DNA of 64,000 nt from Dehalococcoidia bacterium (lineage in GTDB: Bacteria > Chloroflexota > Dehalococcoidia > UBA2979), in the NCBI GenBank assembly GCA_963667465.2, contig CAXXDN010000002.1, positions 928,001 through 992,000 on the forward strand, read 5' to 3'. Below are positions 30,616 through 40,202 of the stretch, piece by piece (the first letter of the stretch is position 1; each line of letters begins with the position of its first letter). The notes beneath the pieces are model-generated. The model worked only from the letters and a program-made list of their open reading frames with translations, was not told where the DNA came from and made no database searches. Position numbers and translations under genes: made by a program.

Positions 30616-31872
30616 TCATTGCCAGGGCAGCGCCTGCGCATTCGGAGTCACAAAGTCGACATCCGTACCGGGCCGCATTCCTGCCTCTTGCAGCGCGGCG
30701 CTCAACTCCTCGAAGCCCCCGTCGCCGGCGACATCGAGGTGGAAGGTGATCAGCACCACGCCGATCGGCTGGTTCTCGCTGGTCAGCCTGTGTTCAACCT
30801 GGATCACGTTGGAGCGCGAGTCTGCGATGATCGCACTGATGCGGGCCAGCTCGCCCGGCGCGTGCGCGGCGGCGAACGTCACGAGTCGACGGCGCCCCGC
30901 GCCCGTCAGGCCGCGCTCGACGATGCGGCCGAGCAGGTTGATGTCGACGTTCCCGCCGGAGAGCACCACCGCGACCGGCCCGCTCAGCTCGACCGCGCCC
31001 GCGAGCAGCGCCGCGACGCCGAGCGCCCCGGCGCCCTCGACGACGAACTTCGCGCGCTCGATCAGCAGCACCATCGCGTGCTCGATGTCCGGCTCGCCAA
31101 CCGTCACGACCGCGTCGACATGGCGCCGGATCAGCTCGAACGTCAGCTCCGAGGGCCCGGCGACGGCCGCACCGTCGGCGAGCGTCTGCACGAGCGGCAC
31201 CGCGAGTGGCGATCCCGAGCCGAGCGAGGCAGCGATGCCGGGCATCGCCTGCGCCTGCACGCCGACCACGCGCACTTCCGGCTTGAGCGACTTGATGGCG
31301 AGCGCGACACCGGCGAGCAGCCCACCACCACCTGCCGGCACGAGCACCGTCTCCGCGTCCGGCGCCTGTTCGAGCACCTCGAGGCCGAGCGTGGCCTGTC
31401 CGGCGACGACGGCCGGGTTGTCGAAGGGCGGCACGTAGAGCAGACCAAACTCGGCGGCGAGCTCGCGCGCCCGCGCAATGCAGGCCTCGAGCCCACCGTC
31501 AAGCAGCACTACCTCCGCGCCGTAAGCGCGCGTCGCGGCCTGCTTGGCGAGGGGTGCGCTGGCCGGCATCACGACGGTCGCCGGGATACCGCGCTCCGCT
31601 GCGGCGAGCGCGACGCCCTGCGCGTGGTTCCCCGCGCTGGCCGCGACCACGCCTCCCGGCCGCTCCTCGAGCGATTCGAGCATGTTCGAGGCGCCGCGGA
31701 ACTTGAAGGAGCCGCCGCGCTGCAGCTGCTCACACTTGAGCAGCACCGGCACCCCGGCGATCTCGGACAGCGACCCGATCGGCCAGAGCGGCGTCACACG
31801 CGTCGCCCCCGCGATGCGCTCCCGCGCCGCGTACACGTCCTCGATCGTCACCGTCTTGGGCGTCTCAGCCAT
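30616..31872 (-). CDS. ilvA: Threonine ammonia-lyase with C-terminal ACT-like domain
   Basis: KCEQLQRGGSFKFRGA, ASAGNHAQG, GGGGL and SGGNVD motifs. Confidence 0.9.
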   Translation of the reverse strand: MAETPKTVTIEDVYAARERIAGATRVTPLWPIGSLSEIAGVPVLLKCEQLQRGGSFKFRGASNMLESLEERPGGVVAASAGNHAQGVALAAAERGIPATVVMPASAPLAKQAATRAYGAEVVLLDGGLEACIARARELAAEFGLLYVPPFDNPAVVAGQATLGLEVLEQAPDAETVLVPAGGGGLLAGVALAIKSLKPEVRVVGVQAQAMPGIAASLGSGSPLAVPLVQTLADGAAVAGPSELTFELIRRHVDAVVTVGEPDIEHAMVLLIERAKFVVEGAGALGVAALLAGAVELSGPVAVVLSGGNVDINLLGRIVERGLTGAGRRRLVTFAAAHAPGELARISAIIADSRSNVIQVEHRLTSENQPIGVVLITFHLDVAGDGGFEELSAALQEAGMRPGTDVDFVTPNAQALPWQ

Positions 31873-31961
31873 GCTTCCATGTTCGCACGCACGGGGGGTG
31901 TGGGTGCGGGGCGATAACGTGGGGCAGGCGCGCGGTTCCCTCGAACGAGCGGTAAGCGCGG

Positions 31962-32807
31962 CTAGAACAAGACGGCTGGAGTCGGGTCGCCGTCCTCGAG
32001 GATGGACTCGAGGCGGGCGCGCACGAGGCCGTGCGAGCGCTCGGGGTGGGTGAGGATGTAGAAGCGCGGGTTGAGGAGCGTGTCGAGCACTATCCCGGCG
32101 ACCTCCTCCGGGGGCATGCGGCGCTGTTCGGCGTCCTGCTGATCGTCCGTCCTCGCGACGCGCGGCTCGCCGCGGCGGGCCATCGCCTCGCCCGTGCGGA
32201 TCGCGCCCGGCAGCAGCGCCGAGACACGCAGCTCCGATCCGGCCTCTTTCAGATCGTGATGCAGCGACTCCGCGATCGAGAGCACGAGACGCTTCGTCAC
32301 CGGGTACGGCCCGCTCGAGTCCCGCATCCGCAGCGACCCATTCGAGGACGTGATCACGATGTGGCCGCCCTCGGCGCCCGCGCGCTCCAGCCCGAGCATG
32401 CGCGGCACGAAGGCGCGGATGCCGTTGAGCACGCCCCAGACGTTCGGCTTCAGGATCCAGTCCCAGTCCTCGATGGCCACTTCCCAGGTCGGGACGTGCG
32501 CGGCGTTCACACCGGCGTTGAGGCAGACCACGTCGATCGCCCCGAACGCCGAGAGCGCGACGCGCGGCAGCCGGTCGATGTCCGCGAAGTCACTCACGTC
32601 GACCGGGACGGCGACCGCCTGGACGCCCTGCGCGTGGAGGTTGCGCTCGGCCTCGGCCAGTCGCGGTGCGTCGATGTCGGAGATCACGACGCGCATGCCC
32701 TCGCTGCCGAACCGCGCGGCCAACTCGTAGCCGATACCGCGCGCCGCGCCGGTGATGACCGCGACGCGGCCGGCGAAGCGTCCCGTCTCGTCCGCAGGCT
32801 GCGTCAC
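31962..32807 (-). CDS. Short-chain dehydrogenase/reductase
   Basis: TGAARGIG, NAGV and YPVTK motifs. Confidence 0.9.
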   Translation of the reverse strand: MTQPADETGRFAGRVAVITGAARGIGYELAARFGSEGMRVVISDIDAPRLAEAERNLHAQGVQAVAVPVDVSDFADIDRLPRVALSAFGAIDVVCLNAGVNAAHVPTWEVAIEDWDWILKPNVWGVLNGIRAFVPRMLGLERAGAEGGHIVITSSNGSLRMRDSSGPYPVTKRLVLSIAESLHHDLKEAGSELRVSALLPGAIRTGEAMARRGEPRVARTDDQQDAEQRRMPPEEVAGIVLDTLLNPRFYILTHPERSHGLVRARLESILEDGDPTPAVLF

Positions 32808-32815
32808 CGGCGCCT

Positions 32816-33292
32816 CTACTCCCCGGGCCCGCTGCCGAGCAGCTCGAAGAGCGTGCCCAGCTCCTCGCGCGCGTCGACGTAGAACATGCGGCCGCCGTTC
32901 GCGCGGATCTGCGAGTGCGACGCCTCGTACCCCTGCTCGGCGAGTTGTTCCGCCGCGGCGCCGGCGTCGCCGACTTCGAACGCGAGGTGATGGAAGGTCG
33001 CGCCCCCGCCCTGCTCGTCGAGCACGTCCTTCCAGACGCTCGGCCCCCCGACCGGCTCGATCAGTTCGAGGGTGATGTTGTCCAGCTCGATCATCGCGAC
33101 CCTGAGGTTGACCTCCGGCGGGAGGGGTTTGCCCTGGTACTCGCGGGCCTCGCGCAGGGGAGGGGTATAGATCTCGGCCGGGTCCATGCCCAGCAGCTCT
33201 GAGTAGGTCGCGACCGCCGCCTCGATGTCCGGGACGACGAAGGCGACCTGCGTCATCACGCGGCTCCCGAGCGGCGCCTTTGCTTCACCCAT
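32816..33292 (-). CDS. VOC family protein (methylmalonyl-CoA epimerase/glyoxalase-like)
   Basis: QVAFVVPDIE, LELIEP, HHLAFEV and LFEL motifs. Confidence 0.85.
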   Translation of the reverse strand: MGEAKAPLGSRVMTQVAFVVPDIEAAVATYSELLGMDPAEIYTPPLREAREYQGKPLPPEVNLRVAMIELDNITLELIEPVGGPSVWKDVLDEQGGGATFHHLAFEVGDAGAAAEQLAEQGYEASHSQIRANGGRMFYVDAREELGTLFELLGSGPGE

Positions 33293-33379
33293 CGCGCTGC
33301 CTCCTCCAGCTCGTCACTCGTCGCGGGGCTACTCTACCCGGAACGCACGACTGAGAGCGGCGGTAGAGAGCGCAACTGG

Positions 33380-34870
33380 ATGAGCAACAACGAGACCGCA
33401 CCGCTCGCGCCGCTCGCGGCCAGCGAGGTTCCTCGCTGGGACCTCGCGGCCGACGTGGTCGTCGTCGGCCTCGGCGCGGCCGGCGCCTCCGCGGCGATCG
33501 AGGCTGCCGAGGCCGGGGCGGACGTGCTGCTGCTGGAGCGCGAGTTTGCCGGCGGCGGCACGAGCGCCCTCTCGGGCGGCTCTCTCTACCTCGGCGGAGG
33601 CACGGGGCTGCAGCGCGCCTGCGGCTTCGACGACACGCCCGAGGAGATGTACCGCTACCTGCGCGCCTCGGTGCAGCCCGGCCCTCCCGACGAGTGGCTG
33701 CGCGCCTACTGCGAGGGCAGCGTCGAGCTCTACGAGTGGCTCGTTGCCCGCGGCGTCCCGTTCAAAGCCGAGTTCCTGCCCCCGGAACGGGGCACCTACC
33801 CCTGGGGCTCGGAACACGGGCTGTCCTACACGGGCAGCGAGCTGGCCCACCCGTTCAGCGCCCTCGCGACACCCGCGCCCCGCGGCCACCACCCCCGGCA
33901 CCCCGGCGAGGGCGGCGGCCTGGTGCTGATGGAGGCACTGAGCGCCGCCGCCGTCGCCGCGGGCGCGCGCATCGAGACCGCCGCACGTTGTGAACGCCTG
34001 GTCGTGGACGGAGCGATCGAGGCGCCGCGTGTCGTCGGCCTCGAAGCGCGCATCGAGGGCGAGACTCGCTACGTGCGCGGGCGGCGTGGCGTAATCCTCT
34101 GCAGCGGCGGATTCGTGATGAACGAGGCGCTGCTGGAGCAGTACGCGCCCGAGCTGCTGCTGCTGCGCAACCGGCTCGGGACCGACGCGAGCGACGGTGT
34201 CGCGGTCCGCATGGGCCTCGGCCTGGGGGCCGCCCTCGATCGCATGGAGTGGGGCATGGTGAACCTGACGACGAGCCCGCCGCGGCGGCTGGTCAAGGGC
34301 GTGCTGGTCGATCGCGAGGGCCACCGCTTCGTGAACGAGGACCAGTACCGCGACCAGCTCGGCCCGACAGCCCTCTACGACCACGGCGGCGGCGTCTTCA
34401 TGATCGTCGACGACGAGACCTACCGCCGCCCGCTGCTGGCGCAGGCGGAGATCGTCGCCATCGGCGAGACGTACGAGCAGCTCGAACGCGAGCTGGGTCT
34501 GCCCGAGGGCAATCTCCAGCGCACGATGGCCTCCTACAACAAGCACGCCGCGTGCGGCGAGGATCCGGAGTTCGGCAAGGCGGCCGAGTGGCTCGAACCG
34601 CTGGACCGGCCGCCGTTCGCCGCGCTCGACTTCTCGATCACGGCCTCGGTCTGGTCGGGGTTCCCGATCGGCGGCGTGCGGACTGCGATGACGGGCGAGG
34701 TGCTGCGCGAGGATGGCGAGCCGGTCGCCGGGCTCTACGCCGCCGGGCGCGCCACGCCGGGGCTGCAAGGGCGCGGGTACAGCAGCGGGCTCTCGCTGGG
34801 CGACTGCACGTTCTTCGGCCGCTGGGCAGGCCGCGCCGCGGCTGCCGCAACGCCTGTCGAGGGGGCTTGA
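33380..34870 (+). CDS. FAD-binding flavoprotein (3-ketosteroid dehydrogenase/fumarate reductase flavoprotein-like)
   Basis: DVVVVGLGAAG, GGTSALSGG, RFVNED, GLYAAG and YSSGLSLGD motifs. Confidence 0.85.
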   Translation: MSNNETAPLAPLAASEVPRWDLAADVVVVGLGAAGASAAIEAAEAGADVLLLEREFAGGGTSALSGGSLYLGGGTGLQRACGFDDTPEEMYRYLRASVQPGPPDEWLRAYCEGSVELYEWLVARGVPFKAEFLPPERGTYPWGSEHGLSYTGSELAHPFSALATPAPRGHHPRHPGEGGGLVLMEALSAAAVAAGARIETAARCERLVVDGAIEAPRVVGLEARIEGETRYVRGRRGVILCSGGFVMNEALLEQYAPELLLLRNRLGTDASDGVAVRMGLGLGAALDRMEWGMVNLTTSPPRRLVKGVLVDREGHRFVNEDQYRDQLGPTALYDHGGGVFMIVDDETYRRPLLAQAEIVAIGETYEQLERELGLPEGNLQRTMASYNKHAACGEDPEFGKAAEWLEPLDRPPFAALDFSITASVWSGFPIGGVRTAMTGEVLREDGEPVAGLYAAGRATPGLQGRGYSSGLSLGDCTFFGRWAGRAAAAATPVEGA

Positions 34871-34880
34871 GCGCCCCGCC

Positions 34881-35780
34881 TCAGGCGCGGCTCTCCGCCT
34901 GCGCCCAGCCCTCGTACATGCGCACCGCTACCTGGTTCGGAGCCTTCTCGCCGTGCAGCGCCTGTGAGAGCAGGAAGAGCTGCGAGACGAGGCCCGCGAG
35001 GGGCATCGGCACCCTGTGCTCCTTGCCACCGGCGACGGCGTTCGCCAGGTCCTTCACCAGCAGCTCGGTCGCCATCCCGCCGCGTGAGGAGAAGTCGCCG
35101 GCGAGGACGAACCGGGGGAAGCGGTTCTCGCTCGTCCAGCTGCGCCCGGAGCTGGCGTTGATCGCGCCCAGCACCTTAAGCGGGTCGAGCCCCGCCTTCG
35201 TCGCGACCGTCATCGCCTCCGACAGCGCGAGGTAGTTGGCCGCCGAGCAGAAGTTGTTGAGCGCCTTCGTCAGGTGCCCCGCACCCGGCTCGCCGAGGTG
35301 GAAGACCTGCGCCCCGATCGCCTCGAGGACCGGGAGGCACGCCTCGTAGGCCTCGATCGAGCCGCCGCACATGATGCCGAGCGTGCCCGCCTCGGCGCCC
35401 GGCACGCCGCCGCTCACGCCCGCATCGACCAGCTCGATGCCGGACTCGCGCAGGCGCTCCCCGATCGCGGCCGTCTGCGGCGGGTTGCCGCTCGTCAGGT
35501 CGACGACGATCGTGCCCGGCGAGGCGCCCTCGACGATGCCGCCCGGCCCGAAGCAGACCGCCTCGACCTCGTTCGAGGTCGGCAGCGAGAGGCAGATCGT
35601 CCGCGCCGCGCTTGCGACCGCGCCCGGCGAGTCCACCGGTTGCGCGCCCGCCTCGGTGAGTCGAGCGAGGGCGTCGGGCTCGATGTCGTGGGCGACGAGG
35701 CCGAAACCGGCGCCGAGCACGTTGCGCGCCATCGGCGCGCCGATGTTGCCGAGTCCGATGAAGCCAATCGTCTCTGCCAT
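34881..35780 (-). CDS. 3-hydroxyisobutyrate dehydrogenase family NAD(P)-dependent oxidoreductase
   Basis: IGFIGLGNIG, DAGVSGG, GAGHLTKALNN and LVKDL motifs. Confidence 0.9.
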   Translation of the reverse strand: MAETIGFIGLGNIGAPMARNVLGAGFGLVAHDIEPDALARLTEAGAQPVDSPGAVASAARTICLSLPTSNEVEAVCFGPGGIVEGASPGTIVVDLTSGNPPQTAAIGERLRESGIELVDAGVSGGVPGAEAGTLGIMCGGSIEAYEACLPVLEAIGAQVFHLGEPGAGHLTKALNNFCSAANYLALSEAMTVATKAGLDPLKVLGAINASSGRSWTSENRFPRFVLAGDFSSRGGMATELLVKDLANAVAGGKEHRVPMPLAGLVSQLFLLSQALHGEKAPNQVAVRMYEGWAQAESRA

Positions 35781-35826
35781 CGCGGCTGTCCCCGCCATTG
35801 TGGCGCCTCCCCTCGCGAGCGAGTTG

Positions 35827-35911
35827 TGGTGCCGGGGGAGGGATTCGAACCCTCAAGCCCGAAGGCCGCGAGTTTTAAGCCCGCTGCGTCTGCCAGTTCC
35901 GCCACCCCGGC
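35827..35911 (-). tRNA. tRNA-Leu(TAA)
   Basis: Minus strand reads GCCGGGG..CTTAAAA..variable arm..GTTCGAATC..CCCCGGCACCA. Confidence 0.95.
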
Positions 35912-35998
35912 GTCCCGCGACGATACCAGCCAGCGCTATCGCCGGGCGCTCGGCGGGAGAGCAGGACGAACGGCCTCCGAATACGGGACAATGTCTGC

Positions 35999-36424
35999 AT
36001 GCAGACGATACGGCGGACGCTGGCGACCGTTGCCCCGCTCGGCCTCATGGCGCTCGTCGCGTCGCTCGCCCTCGTCGCCGCGTGCGAGGAAGAGGCGGAT
36101 GTTGCGCCCGCCCCGCCCCCGGCGGCCTCGCCGGCGGCGACGGCGGTCCCCATCCTCGATGGTCAAACGCTCTTCCGGCAGACCTGCGCGGTCTGCCACG
36201 GCATCGATCTGCAGGGCACCAACCAGGGCCCGCCGTTCCTCGATCGGCTCTACCACCCGAACCATCATTCCGACGCCGCGTTCCGGCTCGCCGTCCAGCG
36301 AGGCGTGATCGCGCACCACTGGCCGTTCGGCAACATGCCGAAGGTCGAGGGCCTGAGCGACGCGCAGGTCGAGGCGATCATCGCGTACGTCCGGGGCCAA
36401 CAGCAGCAGGCCGGCCTCTACTGA
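35999..36424 (+). CDS. Mono-heme c-type cytochrome lipoprotein
   Basis: Lipobox LVAAC, heme motif CAVCH, GNMP (candidate axial Met). Confidence 0.88.
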   Translation: MQTIRRTLATVAPLGLMALVASLALVAACEEEADVAPAPPPAASPAATAVPILDGQTLFRQTCAVCHGIDLQGTNQGPPFLDRLYHPNHHSDAAFRLAVQRGVIAHHWPFGNMPKVEGLSDAQVEAIIAYVRGQQQQAGLY

Positions 36425-36436
36425 CCGCGAGCCCGC

Positions 36437-36967
36437 TCAGCGTTCCATCAGGGCCGCGGCGATCTCCTGGACGCCCTGCTCCGTCAGCCGCCGGCCAAGC
36501 GTCGCCTGGAGCTCGAACGTGACGCCGTCCCGGCGCCAGCGCAGGTAGGCAAGATCGACGCCCGCGCCGGTCGGTCCGGCGAAGCCCTCGGCTGACAGCC
36601 CGCCCGCCGAGACGCGAAGCCAGTGGCTCCCGGTTGGAATCGCCCGGAACGCGACGACCGCGCGGGTGTGGCTGAGGGTGAAGGCGTGGCTCCCGTCGCG
36701 GCCGACAACGAAACTGACTCGCGGATGGCGTACGCCCTCCTCCGGGAGCGCGTCCTCCGAGAGGCCCGTCACCTCGAGGCCGGAATCGAAGGCGCACGGG
36801 CGCACCAGCGCGAAGTCGATCCGGCCCTCGATCGCGTCGAGCGCCTCGGCGGCGTCCGGCGACAGCGGCGGCTCGCTGCACGTCTTCTCGGAGGCGCAGG
36901 CGGCAGCCAGCGCCACGAAGGCGCACGTTGTGACGATGGCGAGGGCTAGTTTCGACGGAGACGGCAT
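36437..36967 (-). CDS. Hypothetical lipoprotein
   Basis: Signal peptide ending LAAAC; coding-like codon use; fills the gap between neighbours. Confidence 0.6.
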   Translation of the reverse strand: MPSPSKLALAIVTTCAFVALAAACASEKTCSEPPLSPDAAEALDAIEGRIDFALVRPCAFDSGLEVTGLSEDALPEEGVRHPRVSFVVGRDGSHAFTLSHTRAVVAFRAIPTGSHWLRVSAGGLSAEGFAGPTGAGVDLAYLRWRRDGVTFELQATLGRRLTEQGVQEIAAALMER

Positions 36968-37047
36968 CGCCTGCAGGGTAGCCGCGCCAAGTGATTGCCG
37001 TGGTGGCCGATCGGCACTTTCCTGCGGGAGTAGTACAGTTGTGGCTG

Positions 37048-37262
37048 ATGGAACTGTACCTCACCAACCACGCAATCTCCCGGATGCTCCTCCGCAACAT
37101 CAGCCGCGATGAGATTTCTGTCGCGCTCGCCACCCCCAGTGGATGCCTGCGACCACTCGCGGTACGCGCGACGATGCAATGGTCGGAAGCCGCCGCGTTG
37201 CCGTGGTGGTCGAAGAGGGAACGGACCCGCTCCGGGTCGTGACAGTGTTCGAGGCGCAATGA
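37048..37262 (+). pseudogene. DUF4258 (BrnT/RelE-like) toxin, frameshifted
   Basis: MELYLTNHAISRMLLRNISRDEI..TP, then after a -1 shift in a C5 run (37133-37137) QWMP..RVAVVVEEGTDPLRVVTVFEAQ*; its stop overlaps the next ATG. Confidence 0.7.
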
Positions 37263-37513
37263 TGCTGATCGAGTATGACCCCGAGGCCGACGCACTCTAC
37301 ATCCGGCTGAGCCGGGTGGAATCACGGCACGGCGAAGTCAGCCACACGCGCGAACTCGATGAGCAGCGACGGGTGGACATCGGGGAGGCCGACGAGGTGA
37401 TTGGCGTCGAGATCCTCTGGGCCAGCCGGGGCTTCACGCTTGCCGGGCTCCCCCAGCAGCGCGCGATCGGTGAGGCGCTCAACTCCCTCGGGTCGCTCGC
37501 GAGCGTCTCGTAG
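37262..37513 (+). CDS. DUF2283 family putative antitoxin
   Basis: IEYDPEADALYIRL...D....VIGVEIL signature. Confidence 0.85.
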   Translation: MLIEYDPEADALYIRLSRVESRHGEVSHTRELDEQRRVDIGEADEVIGVEILWASRGFTLAGLPQQRAIGEALNSLGSLASVS

Positions 37514-37638
37514 CGCCGACGCGCCAGACGCCACAACCTGACAGCTCGCCGGCCATACTCCCGTCGCGCGCAGCGCGCAGGCTCCGGTACCATGCGCGCG
37601 CGGCGGCGCAGGGCCGCCGCACCGGGCCGGGAGACACC

Positions 37639-38694
37639 ATGCACACCACGCCTTTCCGCAGGACGCGCCTCGACGCGCTGCTGCCGCGCGAGACACTGGT
37701 ACGAGACGTCGTGCTGATCGTCGCGGGGTCGGCGCTGCTCGCGCTCTGCGCACAGGTCACGATTCACCTGCCGATCGGGCCTGTCCCGATCACCGGCCAG
37801 ACCTTCGCCGTGCTGCTGCTCGGCGCGGTGCTCGGACCGCGGCTCGGGACCATGGCCGCCACGCTCTACGTCCTCGAGGGCATCGCGCACCTGCCCGTCT
37901 ACGCGAGCGGCGCGAGTGGGTGGGGTGCGATCACCGGCTCGTCCGGCGGCTACTTGCTCTCCTACCCCTTCGCCGCCTTCGCCGTCGGCTTTCTGGCCCG
38001 CCTCGGCTGGGACCGCCACCCGGTCACGCTCGCCCTCGCGATGCTGGTCGGCAACGTGATCATCTACGTCTTCGGCCTGCCCTGGCTCGCGAACTGGATG
38101 TACGTCAACGAGGCCACGCTCGGCATCGAGGCGAGCGCGGGACTCGTCATGCAGTGGGGCCTGACCCCGTTCATCCCCGGCGACCTCGCGAAGCTGCTGC
38201 TCGCCGCCTCGCTCGTCCCCGCCGGCTGGCTCGCGGTGCGCGCCTTCGAGTTCGGCCCGGAGCAGGCCCTGCGAGGCGAGAGCGCCCCCCGGACGCTGTA
38301 CCTGGGGCGCGCCGCCGTCGTAGCGGGCCTCGTGCTCGCGGCTGCCGCGTTCATGCCCTGGGCGTCTGGCGACATCGGGGTTGCTTCGGCTGCCGGACAG
38401 GTCACGTTCGCCGCAGGCCTCGCGGCGGCTCTCGGCGCGTGGCTGCTGCACCGCCGCGAGATCAGCGCACGGCTCGGTCACCTCTGGGTCTTCGCCGCGG
38501 CCGCCCTCGGCGGGCTGCTTGCGCTCGTGAACCTCGTCGACTTCACCGAGGCAGGCACGCTCGCGCTGGCCGATGTCTCCTTCGGCCTGCCGGTCGCGAT
38601 GGTCGCGGCGCTCGTGCTGCTCGCCTTCCTCGGCTCTGAGGCGTCGGCAACATTGATCGAGGCCGATGAGCGGAACGGCGACGCGGCCGCCTAG
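37639..38694 (+). CDS. bioY: BioY biotin transporter with extra C-terminal multi-TM domain
   Basis: PVPITGQTFAVLL, GGYLLSY and PFIPGDLAK motifs, followed by ~145 additional mostly hydrophobic residues. Confidence 0.88.
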   Translation: MHTTPFRRTRLDALLPRETLVRDVVLIVAGSALLALCAQVTIHLPIGPVPITGQTFAVLLLGAVLGPRLGTMAATLYVLEGIAHLPVYASGASGWGAITGSSGGYLLSYPFAAFAVGFLARLGWDRHPVTLALAMLVGNVIIYVFGLPWLANWMYVNEATLGIEASAGLVMQWGLTPFIPGDLAKLLLAASLVPAGWLAVRAFEFGPEQALRGESAPRTLYLGRAAVVAGLVLAAAAFMPWASGDIGVASAAGQVTFAAGLAAALGAWLLHRREISARLGHLWVFAAAALGGLLALVNLVDFTEAGTLALADVSFGLPVAMVAALVLLAFLGSEASATLIEADERNGDAAA

Positions 38695-38724
38695 CGCCGG
38701 GAGGCGGGCCGGACGCGTGATCGC

Positions 38725-40161
38725 GTGACGCTGCCCACGGAGCTCTGGCAGGCCGGCGCGGCGCAGCTCGCCACGGCGATCCGCGGCCGCGAAGTCTCCG
38801 CACGCGAGGTCGTCGAGGCGCAACTCGCACGCATCGAGGCGGTCAACCCGCGCCTCAACGCCGTCACGGTCGTGCTCGCGGAGCAGGCGCTCACCGCCGC
38901 CGGACTCGCCGACGACGCGATCACGCGCGCCGAAGCGACCGGCCCGCTGCACGGGGTGCCCTGCACCATCAAGGAGAACATCGAGGTCGCCGGGTCCGCG
39001 ACGACGAACGGCGTCCCCGCCCTCGCCGAGGCGTATGCGGAGCGCGACGCTCCGGTGGTCGAGCGCCTGCGCGAGGCGGGCGCGATCGTGGTAGGCCGCA
39101 CCAACCTCCCGGACCTCGGCATGCGCTGGCACACCTCGAGCAGCCTGCGAGGCGTGACCCTCAACCCCTGGGACGCCGGACGGACGGCGGGCGGCTCCAG
39201 CGGCGGCGAGGCAGCCGCCCTCGCGGCGGGCATGACGCCGCTGGGCCTCGGCAATGACTACGGCGGCTCGCTGCGCTACCCCTCGCAGTGCTGTGGCACC
39301 GCCGCGCTCAAGCCGGGCTACGGCCGCGTCGCGATGACGCCACGCGAGGGCATGCCGGACCCCACCCCAACAGGCGACCTCTTCACCGCCACCGGTCCGA
39401 TGGCCCGCCACATCGCAGACTTGCGGCTCGCATTCGCCGTCCTCGCGGCGCCCGATCCGCGCGACCCGCGGCTCGCGCCCGCGCCGCTCGAGGCGCAGGG
39501 CAGTCAGAAGGGCGAGCTGCCCCGCGTCGCCGTCACCACCGATCCCGGAGGCCTCGGCGTTGACGAGCGGGTCGCCGGCGGCGTGCGCCGCGCCGCCGAG
39601 GCGCTCGCCGACGCCGGGTACCGCGTCGAGGAAGGCGAGCCGCCGCTGCTGCGCGAGGCCACCGAGGTATGGGGGCAGCTTGCCGACGCCGAGCTGCGCA
39701 GTGCCGGACAGGCCCTCATGGACCCACTGAGCGAGGAGGCTCGCCGCTTCATCGAGCTCACGACCTGGGCGGCGCCGGAGCCTTCGCTCGCCGGGTACCT
39801 CGAGGCGCACATGGAGCGCTTCCGCTGCGCGCGCGTTTGGTCAGAGTGGTTCGGCGGCGGGCGCCTGCTGCTCGGCCCGGTCACGACAGCGCAGGCATTC
39901 CCCGTTGGCCATGACATCGAGGACGGCGAACAGGCGCTGGGAGTGCGCCGGAGCATGCGACTCACGCTGGTCGCGAACCTGCTCGGGTTGCCCTCGGTGG
40001 CGCTGCCCGCCGGAGTTGACGGCGGACTGCCGCAGGGCGTGCAGATCATCGGCCCGCGCCATCGCGAGGTCCTCTGCCTGAACGCCGCGCAGGCGATCGA
40101 GGATCGTCTCGGCGTGATCACGCCGATCGAGCCTCGTGGCGCAGGGCTCGCCGGCGACTGA
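38725..40161 (+). CDS. Amidase (amidase signature family)
   Basis: GPLHGVP..KEN, GGSSGG and GNDYGGSLRYP motifs. Confidence 0.92.
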   Translation: MTLPTELWQAGAAQLATAIRGREVSAREVVEAQLARIEAVNPRLNAVTVVLAEQALTAAGLADDAITRAEATGPLHGVPCTIKENIEVAGSATTNGVPALAEAYAERDAPVVERLREAGAIVVGRTNLPDLGMRWHTSSSLRGVTLNPWDAGRTAGGSSGGEAAALAAGMTPLGLGNDYGGSLRYPSQCCGTAALKPGYGRVAMTPREGMPDPTPTGDLFTATGPMARHIADLRLAFAVLAAPDPRDPRLAPAPLEAQGSQKGELPRVAVTTDPGGLGVDERVAGGVRRAAEALADAGYRVEEGEPPLLREATEVWGQLADAELRSAGQALMDPLSEEARRFIELTTWAAPEPSLAGYLEAHMERFRCARVWSEWFGGGRLLLGPVTTAQAFPVGHDIEDGEQALGVRRSMRLTLVANLLGLPSVALPAGVDGGLPQGVQIIGPRHREVLCLNAAQAIEDRLGVITPIEPRGAGLAGD

Positions 40162-40202
40162 TCCCGGCGTCCGGCCAGGCGCCCGCGCCTATACTGCCCT
40201 CG

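Noticed and set aside
38725-40161. Amidase as gatA because gatB is nearby
   Set aside because: It is on the opposite strand, is not adjacent to gatB, has no gatC, and looks like a general catabolic amidase.
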